Source: Balanoglossus misakiensis (lineage: Eukaryota > Animalia > Hemichordata). From it: a DNA stretch of 64,000 nt. Position 1 is the first letter of the stretch. The number at the start of each line of letters is the position of its first letter. The translations under genes and the position numbers were made by a program. Shown here one piece after another: positions 27,700-57,389 of the stretch. Location: NCBI GenBank assembly GCA_040954595.2, contig CM082592.2:6427531-6491530 (forward strand), read 5' to 3'. The notes beneath the pieces are model-generated. The model was not told where the DNA came from. It saw only the letters and a list, made by a program, of their open reading frames with translations, and made no database searches.

Positions 27700-28307
27700 A
27701 AATTAGAACGATCCAAATTTAGACGAAAACTTGCTAAAAAAGGTAGATCAAGGGATCAGTGTACAGTAGTAATCCACTCTCGAAGGACAACACAACGCAA
27801 GCGACGCAGATAAGTCATGTGACAGCCGAAAAAAATCCGACTATTTCCGAACATAGACCATACTGATAATCGCGAAGGAATCGTATTGAATTACTAGTTT
27901 ATTTGAGCAAAATAAGTTTACATTGTCAAAATAAATTATGTTTTAACATGAATTTCCTTCTCACAACATGACATATTCCATTACACAGAAAAAGTGTGTT
28001 TTTTCTAAGGATTCCCATTTTACGCAATGCCTTATGGGTTGATATAGTAGGCCGAAAAGAATGGCCAATAAAATAACATTACCTAATTAACACTGCAAAA
28101 GCTGACATATGCTGCCGGTGAATTGTTCCGAATTTCCATCAAATAGGGTGTGCTTTCGAACCAATCAACTCCACCTGTTATACTACACTTGAGGGTACAT
28201 AAAAGGTCAACCGTAGCAACTTTTTCTACTTCATCCTCCATCAGCTGGGCCGGGCATCCATATCCATCAAGTGAGCAGCGTTTCCGATTTTGCATCGAAC
28301 CAACAAG
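27700..28307. promoter_or_regulatory. Head-to-head promoter region SRSF1/9 - dynein light chain, including a probable non-coding first exon of LC8 ending at the donor caag|gtaagt (~28307)
   Basis: Divergent gene orientation, a strong donor at 28308, and the acceptor ttgcag|caccATG just before the LC8 start codon. Confidence 0.5.
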
Positions 28308-28751
28308 GTAAGTCGTCCTAATATCAAGACTAAAGTATTTTTGTTGATATTTTGTGCATGTGTTATGTTATTTAGACTTTCCAGTGGCCTACGTTTAATA
28401 CACATGTCAACATATTTGTGTACATCTGTACTTGTACGTAGAACTAGAATGATCACGCAGTCTTTGTTGATTTCAAGTGAAAGATGTTCGACCCAATTGC
28501 TTGTAAAGTTCAAAGGGCAAAGTAAATTATGATCAGCAGGTGATCGATCACTTATTATTTAAAGTACGCGAGGTGTCAGTAGCTCAACAGCAGGACACGC
28601 TAGACTAAATGGGAGAAGATCTCCCGATCGGGAGTGCATTGTTGCTGAAGTGAAAGTGAACTTTTCGATCCGCAGAACAATAATGTTAGAAAGGTACAGG
28701 CGTGTATATTTCTCTGTCATATGATTAATATATTATTTTAATTGCAGCACC

Positions 28752-29021
28752 ATGACGGACAGAAAAGCAGTCATCAAAAATGCTGACATGGCAGAGGAGA
28801 TGCAGCAGGATGCTGTTGATTGTACAACACAAGCCATGGAGAAGTTCAACATTGAGAAGGACATCGCCGCCTACATCAAGAAGGAATTCGACAAAAAATA
28901 CAACCCAACATGGCATTGCATCGTGGGGCGTAACTTTGGCAGCTACGTGACACACGAGACCAAGCATTTCATCTACTTCTACCTGGGCCAAGTTGCTGTC
29001 CTTCTCTTCAAATCTGGATAG
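28752..29021 (+). CDS. DYNLL: Dynein light chain LC8, copy A (89 aa, uninterrupted CDS)
   Basis: [24 protein letters not shown]...[36 protein letters not shown], near-identical to metazoan LC8. AATAAA at ~29372. Confidence 0.98.
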   Translation: MTDRKAVIKNADMAEEMQQDAVDCTTQAMEKFNIEKDIAAYIKKEFDKKYNPTWHCIVGRNFGSYVTHETKHFIYFYLGQVAVLLFKSG

Positions 29022-29602
29022 ACACTCAAACTGGAACTGCTGTGTATATGACATAACAACGGACTGCAGTTTGCTGACCAAATTAATACCAAAAGACAAA
29101 AAATATTAAACACTTGTACATAAATGATGTATAAAAATCAAAGAGCTTCCTGGCTTGCAATGTGAATGTTGCTTCTGTTATGCTGCATCCACTGAAGAAA
29201 GCTGTATAAATGTGTTGACTGGTCATCAGTGGCACTGCCTTTATAACTCATTTTCATGGATATCTGCTTTTTCAAAATATACTTGTACTATTTTTAATGA
29301 GCCTGCTGGTATAACTTGTTCAATTTATATTTTCTTGGCAATTATGAATAGTAAAGATGAGTACAGGAACAAATAAATAAGCAATTTTATTTGTATTACC
29401 AGTGTGTCTAAGTTATTGCACAGCCTGATTGTGGCTGTACGTTGCGTCGCCAAGACATGACAAACTGATGCAAATACAGGTCGTATGGCTTAATCGTGAG
29501 GCTTTTTTCTCAGGTTATAACAATAAACCATAGACAGTGGACTGCCTATGAATAAACATTATCAATTGTGTTGTTTTGAGTCACACAAGCAGCAGGACAT
29601 GA

Positions 29603-29665
29603 AACTCTTTCACCACTTTGGTTTAGTCCAAAGCCATTGTTTTATTATAGTGGGATGAAAGGGTT
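29603..29665 (+). mobile_element. Short MITE-like copy (aactctttcacc...gatgaaagggtt)
   Basis: Imperfect terminal inverted repeats; shares ~30 nt with the copy at 1791. Confidence 0.55.
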
Positions 29666-32148
29666 GGGTTGATTTGCCTGATAATGAACTTTTGGCATTT
29701 GCCCTTAATTACAGTTCCATTGGAACTAACTTTGGCTTTTATCCAGCATTTTTTCTCTGCATTCCATTTACACTTTCTTGTTATGCATATACAATGATAA
29801 CTATCAAGTATTCTGAAACCATTGCTCTTGAATTCAAGATCTGATCGACGTACATGACAATCTTAGCTTCGCACACAGAGTTTTTTTCCGTACGTGTAGC
29901 GCCCTCTCTAGTCAGATGCCATTTCAAATGTTTCAATGGAAACCATTTACTTTTCCACGGGACCATAAACTGTCCAAGCAGTTTGATTACACGTCTGTTT
30001 TCTTTGCAAAACGAATGTCCTTTTTTCTACGACAACACTCGTTGGTGATTAGGTGTACCACCACCGTCGCCAGCAAATTCCAGGGAGGGGATATAATATC
30101 CCCGACTTGTCCGTGGGAGAGCCTGGGGAGGGGGTTGTAAAATATTGTACCATCCCAAGCACGTTTCATTAACGAAAAGCTTACATCAGACTATATTTTA
30201 TATTCAGGGTGACTACAAAATGTGATACATTGCCTTAATTCTTTTACCAAGCGTCTCCACCCAATATTAAACCCTTAATTTTGGGTGGATGTTTTTTTTT
30301 TTCTCACTCTAAACCAACTCTTTTGCGCCTTCTTGAAGTATTACAGTTTCACGAGCAACAAGTAAACTTACACGAAAATCCAAACATCCGTTTGTGGTGT
30401 GGTTTTTGGTTGCACGAAACAATGTAATGTACTTTCTCCCAATCACAGCAAACTATGACATTTCTCTCGTGAAATAAATTTATGAAATATGGAGTCTCTT
30501 GGTGATTTTTTTTTGTCTCTATAAAGGTTTTTTTAAAGTTGTTCGCCGTCTAGTAATTTTACTCGTTAGTCGTTACCTTTCGGGTCTTTTTGCTTGTCTT
30601 GGATGAGTTTCGGTACTGAGCATGATAGACTGTGTGCGCGCAATTCCACGGCTTAGACGTGGAATCCAGAGACTCGGAACAAATTTTGCCGATTCTTACT
30701 GATTATTTTGACATAGCCTATAGGTAGATAAAGCAGTTGTGCGACCGCACGGACGGTCGCATCCCCCACTCGATATGCTTCGTTTAGTAAAGTCTAGATA
30801 CTTTCCAACCTGCTACACTTGTTTGAGTTTTAAAAGATGTCCTATAGCTCTCGTATTTTAAACTAAAATTTTGCCGATAAGTGTCATAGGAGAACTTGCT
30901 AGGCCTAATTGTGAATCGTAGGCAGTAGGCCTAAAATAATATGTCTACAATCATTTAAACCAATGGCAAGAATTTCGCACCCACTATCACCAACAACCGA
31001 ATGAACGCTCTCTTACGGCCATATGAGCCTCCAATCTACAGCACAAACATTACAATTTTTTTCGTATTTAAAAATGATGGGTACTGGGCATGGGTGTGTC
31101 ATCATTTTCGGTCAACGCCCACGGTACGTACGGTACCTATGGTTTCTGACATTATTCAGGGTAAGCGAACGAACCAATTCTGATTACATGCATAACAAAC
31201 TAACTTGTAGGCCTCATTGTATAATTGACCTTATTCTTTCACCCTAAACGGGGCCACAGGGCCTGGGCGCGGTGCAAAACTCAAGAAAACAACTCTTCTT
31301 GTACAAATGTACTTAAGTTGCGCAAGGCATCATGGGTTGATATAGAACGCCGGTGACAATACCAGAATATCGTCCAATAGAATTATAGACGAGAGATACC
31401 TTTGCCAACGGATTCTACGCGTGTGGATCGATACCCTAATCCTGATATATTCTGCCGGTGAATCACACCAGAAACTGGCGAGCAGAAATTGGTTTACATT
31501 GTAGTGGTCCAATCGTTTTCGAATACCTTACCCACTGAAAGGGTACATTTTGCCCAGCCAGCGCAACTTTGAATCACTTCACTCGAAGGATCCGGAGGCA
31601 CATCACTTGCTGTTAAATCAAACGATTCTTTGTTGATTCTACTTACCCGACGCCAAGGTAAATTGCTAAAAAACCGTTTTTGTCGGTAAATTTTGCTTTT
31701 ATATACATCGTGACGTAACATTTCAATGAATGCGCATTTTAATGAACATCACCGTGGTAACCAAGTTTAAAATTTATGCATGGCTACTGTATGCATTATG
31801 TAAATTCGTGTGAGATGTCTGTGGTGCTCTGTCAAATTTTCATACCGACAACGTTATCTTGTTATATTCTTCCCTCACCAATATTTTATGGAAAGCAAAG
31901 ATTTAGGCAGGCAAACATAGCCTCCTGAAAGTGTGCACACAACATAAGCCCAGTAAAGTTCATAGGGCAAGCCGCCGTTGTCATGGGTTACCCCGCCAAC
32001 AGCCAGTGGGCGGCATGTTTACACTTGAACTGATCATGACTTCAAAGATAGCACGCAGCATGGACTAGCATGCTCAGACTTTGCAAGGGTGGGACCTTTT
32101 TTTCCCGGGTGTCTTTTTAACTGACATTTACCAAAAGTTCAATTATAA

Positions 32149-32433
<285 letters not shown>

Positions 32434-35400
32434 GCAAGGAGACTGCCTTCCAGGATACATGACATCATAGCTGGACTACAAAGACATTAGCCCAAGAAAT
32501 TAATGGACAAAAATCATATATATATTTTATGTATCAGAATTTCCTTCAACTTGCATTTTAAATATCGCAAGACTTGTGCTCCAAGCACCAAGATACGTAT
32601 TGTATAAATGTACTTAACACTGTTTTCAATTCTTTTCTATCGACAAATTGCATCAGTACTTTTAGCAGAAATCAAATGTGCCATGGTTAACATTTTGTGT
32701 TGATGCTTTAGAAAGGACTTGAAGAGGCAAATAAAGACAAACTTTATTTATTAATTTTCTTTGTAATGTCTTAATGTGTTGTGTGTGTGGTTGCTGATGA
32801 GAGAGAGCGGGCATGATGTAGACTTGGTTGCTAGGGGTCTGTCTGGGCTTGAATTGTATGAAGTGCATGAGATATCTGTCTTTGTGAAATGGAGACCATC
32901 GAAAAGAATCTTGACCAGTACAAAACGTGTCAAAAGATAACTGCAGTCCTTGAGATGTAATATGGAGATTTGTCCAATCAGTCATAGCACACAAATTACT
33001 GACAATGTCAGCCATTATCCAGTCGGAATCAACAGCACCTTGCCCCTTGTTAAAAAAAACAACTATCACTGTCTTGAATCAGGTTGTTTTCTTGGTATAT
33101 TTGCATGCTGGGATGGTGTTAACGGAAGTTGGGTGAGTCTGTATAACTTCAGAAGACTGCTACACCAGGAGGGCTGAGTAAAAGTCACCTCTCCTCTTGG
33201 ACTTTGTGAAACTGACCATTCTGTAGTGGACATCGACAACGCCCCAAACTGACGTATAAATGTAACTGTTGATTATCTTGAAAATGGTTCAAGTGTTTGT
33301 CTACTGGTGTGAGCCAGTATTCAATTTACCTGTCGTATACAACGGTGTCAAGGAATTTCAGGTGTGGTCGCTTATAGGCATGAAAGAGTCAACAAAAGTT
33401 TGACACGCCTACAATATGTGATTTTTGAAGCTTTAAATCAATTTGAAGTTGTAGAAGTTTCTGTGGGCGGTTGCGTGTTGTGACACATAAGACAACATTT
33501 TGTCAAAGAAAGGGGGGTTAAATTCGGCTTGATTCTATACCCCTCCCCCCCCCCCACACACACAAATAGCTGTGTTTCCACAGCTATGCTTATCTGCAGT
33601 CGTCAAGAGTACCTCAAGTGTCCCCTTCCACCAAAGTTGGAAAGATGCAGGGCAAAGAAACTTTCCCCTTTGGCTTTTTATGTCAAAGAACACCACATTC
33701 TTTTGGTATATCATCTGACCAGCAGACCAGTCTGAGATGATGTTTATACTTCTTTTCAATATGTCTGTGTGTTTCCAATGGCAATGAAGGAAATTATTAA
33801 GCACAGCGCCTCATATGCACATGTTATTGTTAGGAATATATATCAGAAACTTAAAATTTAGAAGCTGCGCAATTCAATGTGAATTTCACTATTTCTGCTT
33901 TCACACGTACAGTTATAAACTGTTCACAGAGTGTTGGTTGGTCAGTAGAGCATATCCTGTACACAAGAACAATGCCTGTCCTGTCCTGTTTGGCACAAAC
34001 AAGAAAAAAGTCAGACTGCAGACAAGTTCTGGCAGAAAGAGTCAGCACTAAAGGGCATCTGGGCAACGATGTCAGATACTTCAGAAAAGTAATTCCCTCC
34101 GTCATTTTCTTGTGTGTAGAGGCCAACATTTTTATCTGCATAGTCAACTCAAATTTTTCATTCATATAGAAAATTGATTGTTGCCAGAGAAATTTTACTG
34201 AAACAATTTAGGAAAGAATTTCCACAATAAAACACACTTATAGGTTTAATCAGAAACATTATTATTACAAAATTAATAACACTGGATGTATAATGTTGTG
34301 AGGTCAGAAGCCAGTCAACATCAAGTTGGATTGAGATATTTCATTACAATCCACGCTCTGCACTCACTGTTATCACAAAACCCTGTTAAATCTTGGGTCT
34401 TCCCCTATTTGTACCATGGACAGAATCTGCCCTAAGAAAAAAAAATGGCTGGGCTGTGTACAGTGTTTATACAACAATGGCAGCCTTGTAAAGTACTGAT
34501 CCAGCTGTGTGCGTGCCACTCTGTATCACGCATCAGCTTTTTTACTGGAAGGTAAATGTGTCATGACTGTTGATGGAGCTTTTTTACAGAGGTCTCCATG
34601 AAAGCGAGTAAAAGAACTGTGGGCTACACATTGAAAGACAGACCACTTAGGAAGATGGTGAAACTCATACTACACACAACAGTCCAAGTGCTGGCAGACT
34701 TTGTGGCAAGACATTGTAATACAGAACAATCTCTAGTTGTTATCTCCGAACACAACCGTTACATTTCTTGTTTTCGGTGACATATATATTGTCAAAATGT
34801 TTAATATCAAGTCATTTAAAGATTTTTAAAAAGTATATAAAACATACCAGTGACAAACATCACAATAGGTCACAGTTTTAAAGAGTTGACTTGCAAGTTT
34901 TGTTTTTGTAACCTGATTTAGTTTACCGGTGTCAGTTTGGATATAATCTCATGTCATTGCTAAAAATAACCTATGCAATTTGAATATAGGGAACAAATGT
35001 AAAATTTGTACCTTCAGGAAGATTTAAAAGGCTAGACTGTGGATTTTCAAGGTAATGCATTCATTTTTACTGTGGTAACATATTATGATAATATTTTGCT
35101 TGCATTCTGACCTGTGTCCACATCTGATATGATAAAAAAAAATAATGCAAGTACTAGGGACTGACAGAGTTGGCACACCTGCGGTCTGGCACTTTTCAGA
35201 GTACACGTGACAAAAACAAAATGTTGCCAAAAATTCCAATGCAGTACATTTTTGTGCGCAGAACATTCATGATGTCATATGACCCATCAATGGACCATCA
35301 AATGCTGTTATAACTAAACATGTTTGTTTTGAGTGCCATGTGCCTCTGGAGGGGACCTTAATCGATGCATATCATCGATCATGAGTGATTCGCCAGCAGC

Positions 35401-35530
35401 AGTGATTTGACAGATATTCATGATCACAGTATAAATGTCAGACAGTGATGTCTCTCTGATGTGAAATTACAATTCCGGAGGAGTAATGAATTTTACTCCG
35501 GTGACTTTGACTTTCGGCGCGGTCCAACAA

Positions 35531-39994
<4,464 letters not shown>

Positions 39995-40270
39995 GTTTAC
40001 ATCACCATTTAGGTTAGTCTGAAATTGCAAAAGACACCCTAAGTTTACCCAGTATGTGCACTTCCGGTTTCACATGTTTGTCATCTCGATGGTCATCTCA
40101 GGTTATTATAGATCCATTTTATGATCCCGCAAAATAACAACATTTGATTTTGGCCGTTTCTATTTCACAAGTTATAATATTTCGTTACATTTATAGTTTG
40201 CAGAAACATCTCATCTATGTAAATCGCCGTGTCCTGAGCTCACCTTCGGACAGAACAGTGAGTTGAAATA
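39995..40270. promoter_or_regulatory. Compact bidirectional promoter COQ5/HEATR6
   Basis: Divergent ATGs are only ~276 bp apart. ETS/GABP-like cacttccggt at ~40059-40068. Confidence 0.65.
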
Positions 40271-50952
<10,682 letters not shown>

Positions 50953-51422
50953 GGGCAGATAATGTATTCTTCATAATCAGGAAAACTCTTCAAAGTGTGT
51001 GTGTTTGAAGGCCGAGAGCTACAGAAACGTCCAGAAATTTTCTACTGCGGTGTCATTTTGTACAGTGACAGTTGTGGCTTTTAAAAAAAAACAGAAATCT
51101 TAAAAATGGTGTGTATTTCTTCTCTCCGGGCTGCTTTGACTATGTTGAGTACAAAACTGCGAACTTCATGATTCAAATTAAAGTAACGTGGCTAAGCTTT
51201 ACCTGCATTTAAGTCCCTGAGTGATTTGTGCGAAAAAAACCAAGATAGCAGACATCATTTTTTTTGTCATTTTACTACCACCTTTAAAGCTTCACACTTT
51301 CGCAGAGACTGGCACTGATCATATACAAAAGGGGAAAAAAGATTCCCTAAATCTACATCCCAAATGTTTAAATGACGTGTTATAACAAAAAGAAAGCTAA
51401 ATACTGAGTTGTGGATTTGAAA

Positions 51423-54066
51423 TTATTCTTCAAACGTGACTTCTTGCAGCCACTGTTGTGGCACATCTGCGTCAGGATTTTTCCAGAAATCACTGGGAAG
51501 GATGGAGTGCCAATTAAACAGTTCCCCGTCATCTATCAAGTTTATCTTGCATTCATGAAACAAGTTGGACAAGAAATTATCGCGTTTTGATGTCAAGTTC
51601 TGGTTTGCCGATGGAAAGATACCGGACGTTCTAGTTGACATCCTGGCTTGACTCAGGCTTGCTTGGCTCCGAGAAGGATCATCATTTATTACGGCGGCGG
51701 GCCGATGATGCGCACGGCTTGCTGTCGGCGCTGCAGTCCTCCCTGATGCAGCCCTGCCTTGTGCCGCAGTAGTCGTGGTGGTGGTTTTCTTTGCGACTGC
51801 GGCGCTCAAAGCCAATGCTGCTGGTGTTGTTGTTGCTGCAGATCTCATGGAGGAAGAGACACTTTGCGGGTGATTTGATTCTGATTGGTCGATCTGGTAT
51901 CTGACTGTAGAGGGCACAGTGCACAGCGGTGGCATGAACCTCGAAGGAGCACCTTGGGTGCGTGATGCCTGTGTTGGAAATTCTTGACTGACTGCACGCG
52001 GGACGACTTGAGAATGCGAAGCAGCTGCAGGTCCTGAGGCAATTGACATGCCGGCAGACTGGCGAGGTACTACAATTATCTTGTAACACTGAGATGTTGT
52101 TGTGGGTGGTATGGTCACATACTTAGTGGCTGGTGCTAGCGTGGGCATAATGTTTGGGTTAGCGGTGGTCACTGCGACTGTGACACCGGGACCAGTCTTC
52201 GTAACAGCTGCGACAGAACCACTGCAGTTGCTCTTTGGAGTTGCAGCACACTTGGAAGTGGCTGCAGCAGGAACAGCAGTTGAAGCACCTGACGATATTG
52301 CAGGTACCAAGCCGGTGTCATCCGAGTTAAACTTGGTGGTATCGTCATCCACATTTATCTCATCTCGCTTTGCTGCATTCACTTTTCTTTTGGATCTTCC
52401 CCGCCTTGTCTTCTTCTTTCTACCGTCTTGAGACCCACTATCCCGGCTCGGTGCGCCACTCAGTTCTGTTGCATCCACAGGGCTTGATCTCCCGGCTTTG
52501 CCCCCGCTACCATCATTTCCCCTGCTTCTACCATCGCCACTGCTGGTGGTTCTCTGGCTGTCGTTTACAAACAGCTGTCTTGCCGAGTGCGGACCTTGTG
52601 ACGACTCCGGCTGTGATCCGGTGCTCCCAACATCGCCGCCGGATTTCTGACTGCTCCCCAAGAGCACGTGGAACTGACAGGACAGTTCCTTCTGCCTCTG
52701 AAGAAGCTGTAGCAGTTTCCTTTGCCGGTCGGCCAGGCAGCTTAATTTCTGTCTGAGCTCCGCGTGGTCCTCGGCAGTGCTGACTTGTCTTTGCTGGTGT
52801 ACAATCTCTGCTTTGCACTTCTTGTTATTTTCACTCACAGTCTTCAGAGCGTGCTGGATCTTCAGTATAACTGTTTTGATCGCATCTGACAATTCAGTAT
52901 TAAAAAGAAAGTGATGCTCAAAACAGTGTCATTCATTCAAACACTGCTCACGGTGATTAGAGGAACCTCAATGGGTAGACAAAGTTTAAAATTGAGAAAA
53001 CGGTGAAGAGCATCCAAGATTTGAATGGCAATTTACATACCACCGCCGTGAGAACTGTCTTGCAGCAATTCTTGCACTCGGCTCTGCAACTTCTCAATCT
53101 TAGTGATATCTTCTTCATCCTGTTTGTAGGTTCTATTGATTGCATGGTTTGATTCTTTCTCTGAAAAAGTTGACCCAGAATAAGACTTCGATATCTACAT
53201 TAGAAAACTCTATCTATTGGATGGAAGGAATTCAAACTCACTCACCCTCAAGTTTTCTCTGCTTTTGGGGACAGCAGAGTTCAGGAGAGCCCGGGCAGGT
53301 GACAACACCCGTCTTCTCGACTGCAAGTCGGGTGTCCCTACCGTCTCCAGACGTGTCACTCACTGCAGCTGAAATGTCTACACTCTGCTGTGCGTTGCTG
53401 TAGCTGGCTACACTGCTGTAATACAATTACAGGTGGGTGAGGTACAAGGGCTGAAACTTGGTACAGTAGTTTGTCGATTAATCATACTAGTTGCTTTGAC
53501 TTTGATTTCTGTCCAAATAAGCCTTGCCTTTGTAACCAATTACTTGAAAGCACCACATTGTGAAATTTTATCCCTTTGCATATTCATGAGAACATATTAT
53601 CATGATGCATTTAAATATGCAACTCTTTGTGATCATTTTCTTAGATGTGATGACTCTCATCTTGAAAAAAAAGTCTCACCTTGGTGTAACAAGAGGCTGT
53701 GATTCATCAGAAACGTTACAATCACCATTCTCTTTTACTTGACAAATAGTTCTGGTATCCTGATCTGGGAGCTCACTTTTTGACAACAAAAGTGATCTAC
53801 CTTGCTTCAGTCTGTGGGATATATCAGATATGAAAACTCATCAGAGGTGTCTACATCACCTCCACTAACATAGTGTATAAAAATATGGACAAAACTTAAC
53901 AAAAAAAGAGGCCAAACTTTTTGTGACAAAAGCTACACGTACATGTATATGCATTCAGAACAATCACCTACCTACTGAGTCCACATAAGATAGAAGGTGA
54001 TGGTCCCACAGTACTGTCTGAATCCACCGAGTTCTCCACAATTGTTTCATCCTCACTGTCAGACAT
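51423..54066 (-). CDS. ~615-aa coiled-coil/low-complexity protein; candidate ankyrin-less ANKRD31-related protein
   Basis: Phase-consistent exons 54066-53972, 53415-53246, 53160-53041, 52885-51423 (1848 nt). Acidic N-terminus, coiled coil LRQKLSCLADRQRKLLQLLQRQKEL, basic RKKKTRRGRSKRK, S/T/A-rich linker, structured tail KINLIDDGELFNWHSILPSDFWK. The gene is well supported; the family assignment is tentative. Confidence 0.75.
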
Positions 54067-54973
54067 TCTGTAGATGTATTTATTAAAAGAGAGTGGACCT
54101 CGGATTATGGATTCACAAGCTAGTGCTTTCTGTCGACGTCAAGGTTCATAAATTTAGATTTCTCATTTTCTGTATTTCCAATCTTTACTTGCGATTGTGT
54201 CAAAGTATTAAAAGTCCAACTATAAATCATGGAACTCTTTTGTTTGTTTTCAAAGGAGATAAATTTGCAATACAAATTTGCCGCCATTGCAAGGTTGACC
54301 CAGGTTGACCGAGGTCAGCAAAATATATAGCGCACCCAACGTCGTGGTGGGTGTAATGCAGCACAAATCACGGATTCATTTTAGTGCATATTAAATAATT
54401 TACACTTCTGATGCAGAAACTTTATATTTCCAATAGTAACAATAGTGTTTGAACATGCTGCATGCTATTTATAATGGTTGGGAGGCGTCTATCGTCTCAA
54501 TGCTTTACCGAATAATGCTACTCTAGTATCATGCTTACGAACGAGCCTAGAATAGTCTCCAAAGGTCACCGTCGTTTGGCGGTATAACCCTGTCGTGAGT
54601 AAAAGCACGATTGTATTTTCATGAACCTGGTTTCTCACTGGTGTTCCATGAGGAATGCTTGCTAACGATTATTGTTTGGTATCCCTCTTGTCGGTCATAA
54701 TCGAGTAGCTGTTACCTTTTGTGTTCTCACTGGGTGATATTTTTAGGATATCAACGGCAAAGTGATCAGGTGTGTTGTCTGCATTGCAAAAGGAAAGTGC
54801 GGTGACATTACGAATGTCAACAATAACAATGCTAGTTGGAGGTTTTGAGTGGTATTGGGGGGTTATAGCATAGTAATGTAACTATTGTCAAGACACAGTG
54901 TCATGGATTCTACTTTTGTTTCCCTTTGGGCAGTGAATACAGTGGTTGGTACGTGTACACTGTGAATGTCACT

Positions 54974-56554
54974 ATGGCAGAAAAGCAGGTGCGTTTTGAG
55001 GAGGAGGAGGAGAAGGGGCAAGGAGACAGAGCGGAGAAACGTTTCAAGGCCAAGCATTCCCTGGACAGCGATGAAGAAGACGACGGCAAGGATGCAAAAA
55101 GCTACGAACTGACAGAGGACGATATAGAAGGTAAGGCTGTAGTTACAAGAAAGTCTGACTCTTCAATCTGTGTGTAGTGTCACAAGTGAAGATGATGGGG
55201 TGATGTCACGGCTTGCTTACATTGTACTTTTTTGTACATAATTATGACCTTCCTTGAGTGTCACGGCCACAGGGAAACGGTACATTCCTATCGATGCACA
55301 TTAGAAGAAGTGAATTATTTTTGTACCTGTGGCTGTGGGCTTGAGCTTTTCTATACTTTGGTTTTCAGGCCAGGAAGATGCCACGATTGATTATGAAGAT
55401 GGAGTGCGTATCATGCCATTCAACCTGAAGGAGGAGATGGAAGAAGGATATTTTGACGCGGAGGGGAACTACTTCGAAGACAAGGAGCTTGTGCGCGACA
55501 ACTGGCTGGACGACGTGAACTGGATGAAGATCAAAGAGAAGCCCGCGGCGGGGACGGAAGACGAGGACAGCGCCGACGCCCAGGAGCCGTTCGACCGGCA
55601 GAAAGTGTGCGGCGACATCCTGACCTTCTTGAAACAGGGGGAGAGCATCGCCAAGGGGATTCACCGACTCGGGGGCGGCAAGCAGCCGAGCGGCAGCAGG
55701 AAGTGGCAGGCCAAGAAGCAGAGGACGGAGGAGAGCGAGGAGGACAAGAAACGCAAAGAGGACATGTTGAACTTGACGGGACTCGTCGATCAGCTGGTGC
55801 AGAGGGGCGAGTACGAGGCCTACTCGTACACCTACGAGAAAATCCAACACACGCTGAAACAGACGCAGAAGACCAAGACGAAGCCCAAGGATGACGACGA
55901 TGCGCTGGATATGTTTGCCGACGAAATAGACGAGGAGAAGTTGAAGGTCCCCAAGACTTCTGATTCTCAAAGTAAGCGAACTTTAAACTTAGTCACTGTG
56001 TGTTTTTAGTACAGCACCAGCAACTCATGTCAGCTCACTTGCACATCAGAATTGCATCTAAAGAATTACTATATGATATTACAGTACACTAATCAGTTAC
56101 ATACATTAGCCAAAGTGAGACTTCTAAGAGTATGTAAAATCCAGTGACTTCCAGTGAAACTGAAATCAAACAGTTGCTGGTCGAATATGGATGTCAGATT
56201 TTTACCCTGCACACATTTTATGAAAAATTTGTATGCGCGATAAGGAAGTGGCTACTTTGAAATACAATTCCTTACTATTGTACTTTTGTGTTTCTCCCCC
56301 TCCCCCAACTTCTCACAGCCAATGGGCAGAAGCCAGGAGATCAGGAAGACAACGTCGACGAGACCGACGACATAGTATACTGGGAGTACAAATGGGAAAA
56401 CAAGGATGATGCCGAGTTGTTCGGGCCGTACAGCAGCGAACAGATGCAACAATGGGTGGATGAAGGCTACTTTGGAGGCAGCGTGCTGGTCAGAAAAGTC
56501 GGAACGGAGAGCTTTTATTCCTCTAGAAGAATAGACTTTGATTTGTACACGTGA
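54974..56554 (+). CDS. CD2BP2: CD2 antigen cytoplasmic tail-binding protein 2 (U5-52K), GYF domain; 3 coding exons
   Basis: Exons 54974-55130, 55369-55971, 56320-56554. Motifs [80 protein letters not shown]. Confidence 0.97.
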
Positions 56555-57389
56555 ACGCGTGAATCCAAGTTTGATTTCAACACCCACCAATGCTCACATC
56601 ATTATTCCATGTAAATGACCCTACTCTGGTCAATGCGTCTCTTCCCAGAACAATTCAAGCATGATTGCCACTGCACTGGAAACAATAGAAAATCAGCCAC
56701 TTATATTGTTATGTAAATTAGCAGCTGTGCAATCATAAGTTCATGAGGAAGAGCACCCCATGGAAATCATGATCCAAACTTTCTTACTTTATTGCCTGAC
56801 AATAGAAAGATGCAAAAATTGATTTTCCAGAAATATTTACCTCCAAAAATTGGTAGGTATTGACATGATAATGTATAATTTATACACATGTAAAGGGATG
56901 GATGTAAGTTTAGTGTTTTAAATACAGGCCTACAAACACTAAAGTTTTATATTACAGCTGGGGTATATTTTCTGTGGGTAATGGTTTTAGATTCTCAGGT
57001 TTTAATTCAAGCCTAATATCTGCCTGTTCTCAATTGAATTGTATTTAGTATTGTGTGCACATTCCAATGAACTAGAGGCTATCAAATGAGCCATGAATGT
57101 CTCAAAAGTTGTGAACAATCAAAAAAGTCAAAATTGGTCATACTGCATTGCCAGACAATATTTGGGTACTTTAGATGGAGCTGATGTAGATGTCTTCATT
57201 TTGTCCTGTCAGCAGTTTCATTTTGTAAGGATTTTTTTTGCCGTTCGCTTGTCTTGTTTCCTTCTAATTTGATTTCCATTATTAAAGGAAGTTTTCGTTC
57301 AGATTTGTACCAGTTTTGACAAAATCAAAAAATGTTGAATTTTAGTAATAATTTTGTCATTTGTGGTAGGAGGGCGCTGTTCTCAGGTG

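Noticed and set aside
28725-29099. Antisense ORFs over both LC8 genes (also 32143-32403) and over CD2BP2 (55365-55970, 56252-56590)
   Set aside because: Shadow ORFs caused by codon bias of the conserved sense-strand CDS.
53800-53866. Exon-like segment in intron 1 of the ANKRD31-like gene
   Set aside because: Stops in every frame tested, and exons 1 and 2 already join in phase without it.
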